Source of the DNA: Thalia democratica
Taxonomy: Eukaryota
Assembly: GCA_965202585.1 (NCBI GenBank)
Contig: OZ241830.1
Location: forward strand, 434,001 to 498,000
Length of the DNA stretch: 64,000 bases
Direction: 5' to 3'
The translations under genes were made by a program, and so were the position numbers. Position 1 is the stretch's first letter; each line of letters starts with the position of its first letter. Below are positions 50,847-61,725 of this stretch, piece after piece. The notes under the pieces are model-generated. The model was given only the letters and a program-made list of their open reading frames with translations, had not been told where the DNA came from and did not search any database.

Positions 50847-53800
50847 TTTGCTCAGTATGATTTCAAACGTCTCATTTCGGCTAATATACCTGAAATCTTC
50901 AAATACCTCCTCGGGCGATTTCAGCGCAATTTGTTAATATTTTCCGATTACCGTAATTATAAGCCACCACACTCATCTAAGTAGGTAGTTTTTCGCAAAC
51001 TTAACTTTATTTTGAGTTATAAAATTTTCTATTTCTATTCTTAAAGCTATGTTTTAAATTTCACACTTAAAGAAAACTTACTTTTGTTTTGAACACCGTA
51101 ATTATAAACCAAAACATTTATCTAGTTTTCTAGGTAATTTTTCATAAACTAGACTTTCTTTAATTTTTTTTTTGGGCCTAATATTTTTTTTAAATTCCAG
51201 AACTAAAGTAAACTTTTTATTTGATTAAAGTACTGTAATAAAAATACGGATTTTTTCAAAATTTCGTTTGTTAAAACATCTTTTTGTACTGAAAATTTTT
51301 TAATTACTTTTTTTTTTTTGATTTTATGAATGCTTGTATTATACTTGATATCTTTAAGTACTCTTTTTTTTTACAAAGTTTTAAAGTTATTTGAAAAAGA
51401 TTTCTTAAACATAAAACTAAACCTGGTAGAAGTTAAAATGTGATAGTAAACAAGGTAAATATTTCAACCAACTTTAATTTTATTTTTCTCAATTTCTTTG
51501 AATTGGAAACGTTTTTCACTTTTGAATACTTCTTTTGGTAGTATTTGAGTTTATAATAATACAAACTTCTTTTTGTTTTGTTAACTTTGTCAAACAAGTT
51601 TAAATTTCTACTACTCATTGAAGTGTTTTGACTATTAATATGTTTTCTAAAAGCATTTTACTAAAAGTTTCAAAATACCGATTTTCATATACAAAAAAAA
51701 ACTTATAAAACTAATTAAAAAGTTATTGAAGTATAAATTTTTTGATGGTAGGCTTTAGTTTGTAATAGGTAAGAGTATAAAATTATCTACGACCAAAAGT
51801 TATTTTAGTTTTCTTATAATGGTTAGTTAATATAACTGTATTTATCTTCGAGTGTACCTTAAGTATTTAAAAAAAGACTAAAAAACTTTAATCTTTGACT
51901 AGGTAGTACATACCTTATTTAATTTAGAAAACTCAAAAAAAAGTTCTAAACAATCATTTTGTATGCTTATCATAACTAAAACTGTTTTTACATAATAACT
52001 CTTTTATACAATACAACCATTTCAAAATATGGAGCAGAAAGTTATCGAAATAACTTCGCAGCAATTAAAACAAAGTAAACAAACTAAATGTTTATAAACT
52101 TAACTGTAGTAAGCATATAACTTTAATCAATTGTCTAATTTAATAGACTTTATAGTATATTAGTTTGATATAATATGTGTAAGCTCATACTTTTTGACCG
52201 AAAAGTCTTGTTTTAGTAAGTATGTGTTAAAAAAAAAAATTAATAAAATTTTTTGAACAACTTAAACATTATGTTTAGGTGATTTTTATGGTTTACATTT
52301 AATTGTCAAAACAAAAAAAAATCATTCAAAAACAAAAAATAAAACAAGCAACAAAATATTTAAACAAACGAGAAAATTATACAATTAAAAATTAAAAATT
52401 TATTTATAAAAGTAAAATATATACTTTTTAGAATATTAATTGTATTAGTTTCAATGAAGAAATATCTTTTTTTGAACTTCTAACAAAACGTAAAAAAGAC
52501 ATTACAAAATAAACATATATAGTATCAAAGTTTACGCTTAAAATAAAAACGTAATTTTTAATTTTCATAGAATTTTTGATTAATCATTACTAAAGGATTA
52601 CACAAACAAATATGAATAATAAAAGTAGCGAACACATGTATAAATAAATTAACAAATAGCGTCTTTTGTTTGAATAAATTGTTAACTATGTTGTAATAAC
52701 AAACGTGAAATTTTTATGTTACAGAAAATTTATTTTTGTTCGTTTAAAGTTTCATCTTACATTGTAAATTTTTTTACGACATAGGGAGACATACTCTACA
52801 TACTTTATCAGAAAAATAAGAAGTACATGAATTCGAGGTGTATTGAATTTTGATTTTTTTTGGTTTTTTATGTTTTTTATAAAAAAACGTATTTATCAGA
52901 GGTTAAACAAATGTTAGAGTTTAATATTTGTTTAGAAGCAGATATGAAAAATAGAAAGTAAAAATAACAAATATAAATGTATAAAAACTTGTAAGTTTAA
53001 TAATAACTTATTATAAATTTCTTTTTTAAGTTAAACCGTAAAAAAACATTGAATAAACGATAAAAACAAAATTAAAACTATAGTTTGTACAACTTATCGT
53101 ATTTAAACCAGAATAAACTTTTTTTTCTTTTTTCTTTTGTATCTTTTATAACAGCTAAACTTTATTATAATACAACATTAAAAGTTGTGGAATACAATTT
53201 GTTTTTAAAAGCTCACTATATACAACAAAAACTATTTAAATTTGTTTTATTTTAACCACAATATACATAAAAGTATATCCGATTTTAATTTTCATAGCTA
53301 ACTTTTGTCTGTTATACGATTACAGTAATTAACTAAAATAACAATATAATTTTTTAAATTATGTTGCATTTAAATTTGGTGTTTTAACTGGCTGTAATTC
53401 AAAGTGCACTTTATAATACTAGAAGCACTTAAACTCAACAAGTTACTGTAATAACAATTAAGCAGATTAGAACAGCAAATCTGATTATCTAGTAGGAAGT
53501 ATCTAGTCACTTAAAGCAACAATGTGTGATTGTAACTATAGAAACTGCTAATTGCTGCAAACTAATAAGGGAGTTTTTTTTGTGTCTAGCCTGAAAATAC
53601 TGGCAACTTATAATTGATGCTGTTAATAACATAGTATAAACTTAATATTTATCTTTTGAAAATCAATTTAGTAACCTTAAAACAAATATTAGATTTAAAA
53701 CAGTTCACGTAAAAAAAATGCATCAGAAAAACTTTTCAGGGTTAAAACTTAATACCATATAGTGTTACAGTTAAGTTATTTAATCAAGTTATACAAAACG

Positions 53801-54604
53801 TAAAAACATTAAAAAACAGCTAATAAAAGGCTAAATTTATAAATGCACCACAAAAAATAGGCCGTAATTAAAATAATGCTTTGTTAATATAAAAGATATT
53901 AAAAGCGTCATTCTAATATACAAAAATATTTAGTTTTTTTTCAATGATAACAAATTGAATTAACTATTTGTAAAGCTTTTACTTAAAAAAATCGATTTTA
54001 TATGTATCATAATTGAGTTATTTTTTTGTTTATAAACATGCTAGACTTCCATAAATAAAAAGAATTGCTAAAGTTTTTTCAATCACAAACAATGTACTTA
54101 AATAATTTTACTAAGGTACTTTTTACAACGCTATAATTGCCTAAGTCTTTTTTTCATTAGTATTATAAATTGTTATAGGTGTATAATGTGTTTGTTCGAT
54201 ATTTACATGTTCAACTTTTTATAAACTTGAAAAAATCCAAGTTGAAAATAACTTTCAAAAAGTTTTAATCAAAAGTAAACAAAAAGTTAAATACAACTTT
54301 GTTTTAACATATTTCTACCAATTTACAACGTCTTTAAAGTTTTAAAATTTGTAAGTGAATTCGAATCATGAAAAGTGCTTAGAAACGACTTTTTAAATAA
54401 TTTTACTTCGTAATTTAGTAAGTTATCATTCAAAATTGTAAAAAAAGTGAAACTAAATTTCTAACAGAGTTTATTAGTTTGAAAAATTTCGTTAAAAAAT
54501 GTCCAAACAAACTTTACTTAAATTGTTTTTACAAGTAATTAGTTTTCAAGTGTTGGTGCAGCAATCAATAACTGACAACGGCCATATTGTTGTTACAACC
54601 AAAG

Positions 54605-54612
54605 TATAAAAG
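54605..54612 (+). promoter_or_regulatory. TATA box of gene B
   Basis: TATAAAAG ~60 nt upstream of ATG 54666. Confidence 0.6.
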
Positions 54613-54665
54613 CCCCAACTTCAAAACTTTTGTCATCAAACTTACTTGTCAACTCAAGTTGAATC

Positions 54666-57600
54666 ATGAAGTTTATCGTGTTGTTCTCACTCTTGGGACT
54701 TTCCCTAGCTAACACTTTCAACAGCCTTGATGGCGGTATTGTCGGACCAGGTATGTTGAATAGTATTTATTCATTGGACTGTAAATGAATCAAACTGTTT
54801 TTGCAATTGTTTAGTGTAGATCTACTATCAATTAATAATGTTTATAGATAGTTCGGTTTTCTTCTTACTATTTTAAGTAGTAAAATAAACATGCAAATAG
54901 TTATGGGTTTAAGCTGCAATTTTCAGAAAAATATTCAAACCTTTAGGAAATGGTTTTGCTCAAACTTTTTTTTTTTACCATATACCATCTTTAAAGTAAA
55001 TTAAGCAACTATCTGAAAAATTTAATAAAAAATATGAAAGTTGCACTGGTATTTATAAATGTTATAGAAATATTTATTGAAACAAAAAACTCATTATGAA
55101 CTTGCTTGTTTGATCAAGTAACAAATAATAAGTTGGATTAAGTCGATATCATAAATGTTTATTAAACTACACATAAACTAACTTCGGAAAAACTAACTTT
55201 TAATTCATTGTATCTAAAACTTTTATTTTTGAAAACTTTTGTATTTAAATCATTGTTATAACAAAAATATTTCTAATTTTTAGGACAACGTCAAGGTCAA
55301 GTGATAGGAAGAGGTAAATTAAATTTTATTTAATATTTATTTAGTTTTTATTTTGCTTTTTGTTTTGTTTTATTTTTATAACTGTTTCAATATCAGCTTC
55401 AAAAGTCAAAGTATTTTGTCAGCCTCATTAAATAAACAGCTCTATGAAGTATTTTAATTTGCTTTAATACTTATAATAAAAAAATATTTTTGTTTCTTTT
55501 AGTCACAAGACATTAAAGATAATATGTTTTGACTTGCATATTTTTGTTTTAGTTGTAACCAAGTTAAAAACTCCAAAGTTGTTTTTTTTTAGTTTATTTA
55601 CTACAATATGAAAAAAAACCTAAATAATCAAAATTTTATAAATTTCAGGAATCTACTCACCAACACCAGTTGCTAGAAAAGGAACCGGTTAGTTTTTATT
55701 TGTTTTAAATGTTTTGTAATGACACTTTTAAACATAAACGGTGAAAATGTGTAAACATCATAACTTATAAAAGCGAACCCTGTCCCTGTCTATGTTTTAT
55801 TTTTTACCATGTTAAATGTTTACAACTTAAACAAAAAACTTTTGTATTAGAGTTTCTACTTGTATGTGGTCAATAAGTACAAACAAAGTTAGTAAAATCG
55901 TACAGACGGCAGAAAACAAAATCGTACTTATTACTGAACAGTTTTTCACAAGAATGGAGGGTGCTTATAAAAAAGGCGACATTTGAATTTTCAGCTGAAA
56001 GCTCTTTTACATTTGGTCATTACCACAAAAAAAAATATTGTGAAAAATCTTAATTGATCTAAAGAACAGTAAAAAGGGGGGTAAAAATTTTTCTTGAAAC
56101 AACCCGATGTAAAATGTATGGGACCTTATAAATTCGATGTTCAATTTTTTGGCTTGAAATTGTTCTACACGTAAGAATTATCACAAAACACATTCTGCAA
56201 AATTTTAGACGATATAGGTAAGTTTCAAAAAGGCATTTTTTTACTTTCTATAATTTTTTATAACTTTTCGTAACTTTAAGTTATTTTGAAATGATCAAGA
56301 AATGTCTTCGTAAACTATTTTCAAATCGTCTAAAATTTTGCAGAATGTGTTTTGTGATAATTCTTACGTGTAGAACAATTTCAAGCCAAAAAATTGAAGA
56401 TCGGATTTATAAGGTCCAATACATTTTACATCGGGTTGTTTCCAGAAAAATTTTTTCCCCCCCTTTTTACTGTTCTTTAGATCAATTAAGATTTTTCACA
56501 ATATTTTTTTTGTGGTAATGACCAAATGTAAAAGAGCTTTCAGCTGAAAATTCAAAGGTCGCATTAGTTGTAAGCATCCTATTTAGCATATTCACATCAT
56601 TTTACTAAATATGTTTACTGCAGCTTACTAAACTTCTTCTAATAATTTTACTATATATATTTTTTACAGGAACTTACTAAAACTATTTTCACAGGTACTT
56701 ACTACAACCCACCACAAAAGAGAGGTGCTTACGTCCCACCATACGCTCCACACTACAACCCAACCCCACAAAAATCAACCGGGTATGTTCCAGCCCCACA
56801 AAAGAGAGGTGCTTACGTTCCCCCATACGCCCCACACTACAACCCAACCCCACAAAAATCAACCGGGTATTACCCACAACCAACAAAGACCCCTACCTAC
56901 GGTGGTTAGTTTTGTGGTATATAAAAGTCTTCAGTTCACTTACTTGTAAATGTTCAAGGAAGGTTTAAAAAACTTTAAAAAAAGTTATAACTTTGGTTTT
57001 CTAAACACAGAGAATAGCTCTTTACAACTAGTATGTACTGGGTAATAAGTTGATAAAGTTGTTTGTACAACAAGGTCTTTAAGCTTTAAATTAAGGTTGA
57101 AAAACATGCAGTACAAGGTCATACTGAGATAAAAGATACCTTTATGCCTAAATGCACAAAATTACCATGTAAAACAGTAGTAAAAGCAAATTAAAATTTT
57201 ACGAAAGCTTAACCTTCCTTTTGGAACTCAATATACTACTTTAACTTTAATTAAAAGCCCATAAACTTATGATTATCGCATAAGCTGCTGTTGTAATAAA
57301 GTTTTTAGAAGCATTTATATAGTTTGTATTGAAGAATTTATAACAATACTTATGCAGTATTTTATTGATTGTTATTTTGCTATTTAATGATTATTAAAGT
57401 ATAAAAGTAAACTAAAAACTGCTATGTGTATAAAAATATGTAAACTTAAACAATGATTACTTAAAATTTTTAAGATCACTTTTTTTACTACTGTTAAAAT
57501 CAGACAAGGAAAAAAAAAACTGTTTTTATTTTCAAAAATTTTAATAAAAACAAACTACTCCACTCATTATGTTTAAAAATGTGACGTCATAAAATAACTA

Positions 57601-60600
57601 TAGGCAAGACCTACGGAGGCAGAACTTACACCCCAACCTACGGAAAGAAGACCTACACTCCATCATACGGAAAGAAGACTTACACCCCAACTTATGGTGG
57701 TAAGGCGTTCGCTAATATTTTTGTTTGATTTCTTAACATCGTGTTGTTGAACTGTTTCAAACTGTTATCAAGTTTACTAAATTTTTTTCTAACGAGATCG
57801 TTAATGTTTTACTATGACTTAATAATCATACTATTCTTTGTTTAACTTTATTTGTATTACCTCGTTTAACTGCAGAACAGCTCATCTGACACAAAAAACC
57901 CTGAAAGCAAAATATAAATTTTGTAATTATTAAAAATGATCGAAATAGGTTTTAGTCAAAAAACAAAATCTATGTTGTAATCTGAATTCATACGACGTAA
58001 TTGATGATATTTTCCATAGGTAAGACTTATGGAGGCAAGACCTACGGCGGAAACACTTACACCCCATCATATGGTAAGAAGACCTACACTCCATCATACG
58101 GAGGTATTTTCTAATATACATAAATTTGTCATATTGGTGTTGTTACATATCATGGTTTATTATATATAAACACACTTTCAAAAATAACTTTTAAAATTTT
58201 TGAAATATGTGATTGACACCTTTTGGTATTTGAAAACTAAAATTTGAAAAAAGTGAACATATTACGTACAACCATCTTCTTTTAATTATGACGTCATAAC
58301 ACAGGTAAGACTTACGGAGGCAAGACCTACGGTGGAAACACTTACACTCCATCATACGGTAAGAAGACTTACACCCCAACCCCAACCTATGGAGGTATTA
58401 ATTTAAATTGTTTAACATTTAATATCAAATTTAATGCTATTTTTTGGTTTTGTTCTAAGAAAAGCGTTACAAGTGAAACCTATTACTAGCGATTTAAAAA
58501 ATATGTATTTTTGTACATCATTAGTGACAACCAGATAAATGATGATTTAAAAGTAAAAGAAAATATGTTGTTGACAATGGTTACATGACAATCTAAATTT
58601 AGAAAAAAAATGTTAAGTGGCAATATCTTAAAAAGTAATACACATTTAAAAAGAACAAAAAAAACAGTTTTAGATCTTATTTATAAGACTTTGATATAAA
58701 AAAAAACATGTATATTTCCTAAAGGATGATTTTTGAAATTAATAAAAATAAATATATCTAAACAAATTTTAGCCATAACTCATAAAATATTTAAAACTTT
58801 GCAATCCCTTTTTAAACAATTTTTTTCTTCGAGATAAGACCTTTTATAAAACACTTAATTGTCCGAATTTGAATGGTCGTGCACCTATAAAAAACCACAA
58901 AACTTACAAAAAAATATTTAAGGAAGTTATGCTGTACTTACACTATTAAATTATCAGCTTTAACCTTCCAAATAAATGCATATTGAAAAAAAAATTGAAC
59001 AAAAACTAAACATATTGAGCATGAACATTTATTCAGTCAAAATAATGCGGTATTTTTTTGTTTTTAATAGAAAAGATATACTAGCATATAAATACTTGCG
59101 GTCAATTATTTTTTCAAGAGCAATCTTGCAAAATCATCTTATAGGATTTGCATAACTATTTAATTCAAACATTACACATGAAAATAATTGTGATGCTAAA
59201 AGCATGTGTCAACACATGCATTTATTTCTGTTTTATTTTAAAATTTTAGCAAATAAATGCACTGGTTGGCAAATTGTTTTCGTTTTCATTAAACGCACTG
59301 TATCTACGGTTAAGTTAAGTTTTTACATTTTTCTAGTTATTTTTAGATACAGACACCTTTTGTGAATCTACGCACATTGTAATACAGCATAAGTGCGTAA
59401 CTAAACGAGAGGTAGCAAATATATTTGCTGTATTGACTGTTTTTTAACAATGCATTTGATTAAATCAATTTTTGGACTTTCCTACTTTTAATCACTTGTT
59501 TAATCAACTAGTTTTCATTTAAGTTGCATTTATGAATGTAGTTTAGTGTTGTAATGGCTGTCTTTATTTGAAAAAACAGTGGTTGAATGCAAAAAAGTTT
59601 ATTGATAAAAATTGTTTTTGTGTAGACTTTTTTTTCTAATTTGTTACTTGCCCAAATAAAATTAAACCTTTTTGCATGGTATTATAAAAAATTTGGAGTT
59701 TTATAGAGTTGAAATAACATTGTATGCTATAAATATTGTAAAGAAATGAACATTGTACCTTATTTAATTCATTTAAATACATAAAGGGGGGTTAAGACAC
59801 TTAAGATATAAAGGGCGAAGTCATAGAGTTCAATAGGTTCCAAATGGAAGGCACAAACTAAAAATGCAAATTTCTAAATTTTATAAAAAATACATTTCTT
59901 CCTATATATTTAAAAATATTTAATTAAAACTTTTATATTTCTTGAGAACTCTAAAATGCGTAATTAAACGAGAATGCGTAACCAAATTAGTACGTAGATT
60001 CGCAAGAGGTGACTGTAATGTCCTAATTTGATCAAAATGTTTTACGAAAATTTCTTCGAAATGATACTAAATTGTACAAAAGTCTAACAAGAATTTTAAG
60101 TTAAGCTTTTCTAAATTACTTTGTTAATGTTTGACTGTGCTTTAATAATCATAAATAAAGTTCAAGGTAAATTTAAGTCAAAAAATATAAATCTTTTGAC
60201 GTTATAAAAAAAATTTAAAAGGTAAAACTTACGGAGGAAAGACCTACGGCGGAAACACTTACACCCCATCATACGGTAAGAAGACCTACACTCCAACTCC
60301 AACTTACGGAGGTATTTTATTTATGAGTATAAATTCGTCATATTGATGTGATTGCGTGATATACGGTTTATTATATACAAAAACACTTTCAAAACTAACT
60401 TTTTAAATTTTTGAAATATGTGATAGACACCTTTTGGTATTTGAAAACTCAAATTTGAAAAAAGTGAACATATTACGTACAACCATCTTCTTTTAATTAT
60501 GACGTCATAATACAGGTAAGACTTACGGAGGCAAGACCTACGGTGGAAACACTTACACTCCATCATACGGAAAGAAGACCTACACCCCAACCTACGGAGG

Positions 60601-61271
60601 TTTGAATTTACATTTATAATTTCTTCATACTAATAGGTTTATACAAAAAAAAAAAAAAAACTAAAATGTCTTTCAACAAAGTTTTACAATAGAGTTTTAC
60701 TGTTATATATAATAACTAAATTCCGAGTTTAAAAGTACAACTAACGTCTTATAAAATTTGCTTATATTTAAAAAAACTTATAAAAAAGAAATATGTTGAA
60801 AAATAAACGGTTTTTAATACCATAAATTAGTATAAAAACTTTGTTTTTTACTTAAAATACTTAATAAAAAGTGTATATGTATTTACATATGCTCTAAGTA
60901 TCAGCTTTTTGACGTCACTATGTATTTCCAGGTAAAACTTACGGAGGAAGAAACTACGGAGGTGAATATTGTTTAAACTACTTTCCGTGAAAGGAAACAA
61001 TTTTTATATAAATTACTTAAAATTATCATTTTTGATTGTTTTAAAATATATCAGCAATATGTCAAAAATTACTTAAAAAAAAAAATGTCGTAAAAAAGTA
61101 AGTTTAAAGTATGAACATTGAAAATAAGTATCTGCCTTACAACGTACAAACAAATACAGCTACCAAGGTCTTTCAAAGTTACAAAAATAAGTAAATAGTA
61201 AACTTTGCTATATTTTATACAGATACTTTGAAATCATAATATAAATTTCAGGTAAACAATACGGTTACTAG
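54666..61271 (+). CDS. Gene B: secreted Tyr/Gly/Thr/Pro/Lys-rich repeat protein, 285 aa, 11 coding exons
   Basis: Exons 54666-54750 (MKFIVLFSLLGLSLA signal), 55284-55313, 55649-55687, 56695-56904, 57604-57699, 58020-58103, 58305-58394, 60222-60311, 60516-60599, 60932-60961, 61252-61271 (TAG). All introns are phase 1 and GT-AG; 858 nt. Repeats KTYGG, KKTYTPSYG, TPTYG. Confidence 0.88.
55958..56580. mobile_element. Foldback/MITE-like element with ~256-bp inverted arms and ~110-bp spacer in gene B intron 3
   Basis: 55958-56213 is the reverse complement of 56325-56580 with few mismatches; no clear TSD. Confidence 0.8.
58020..60599 (+). repeat. Duplicated exon-intron-exon block of gene B: 58020-58394 vs 60222-60599
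   Basis: The ~200-bp introns 58104-58304 and 60312-60515 align nearly end to end, sharing long identical tracts such as gaaaaaagtgaacatattacgtacaaccatcttcttttaattatgacgtcataa. Confidence 0.9.
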
Positions 61272-61725
61272 ACGTGAAAATCAAGTTGATTACTTTGCAA
61301 AATTATTTGAAGGTTAGTAGTATTGTTTGTTGATTAATAAAATTAGTTGCTAATTTACTTCTATAAGGTTTAAGTAATTATTATTTAAATTAATAGGCTT
61401 AGCTAAAGTCTCTACACTAAAATAACTTGTTTTATATTTTTTTATGGATATTAAAAAATAATACTTTATTTAGTTACACATTTTTTATATATTGTTTAAT
61501 CAAATAGACATTATTGAATTAATCTTTCTATTCAAAAATAAAGACGATTTGATGTTAAAAATTGTTAACTTTTGTTTTTGCTTATAGCTTGAGACTAAAA
61601 TATGAATTAAATATGTATCTTAATTTCTATTACTAATTTTTGCAGATCATCAAATACCAAAAAAGAATTCCAACATAGATAACTTTGTTTTGTTTTTAAT
61701 TTGTGTCTTCGATATTTTCAATAAA
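61272..61725 (+). other. Gene B 3' UTR with probable intron 61313-61645 and AATAAA signal at 61720
   Basis: gaag|gttagt donor 41 nt after the stop; tactaatttttgcag| acceptor; AATAAA 61720-61725. Confidence 0.5.

Noticed and set aside
56689-60590. ORF-track peptides over gene B (56689-56886, 56725-56949, 57930-58121, 58191-58385, 60321-60590)
   Set aside because: Wrong frame or strand of the Tyr-rich exons.
57604-60599. CRISPR-like regularly repeated units
   Set aside because: These are spliceosomal exons of a eukaryotic gene, not repeat-spacer arrays.
57604-60961. YGG repeats as enkephalin-like neuropeptides
   Set aside because: Never YGGF; the Tyr is preceded by Thr or Asn rather than a dibasic site, and the pattern fits a structural repeat.
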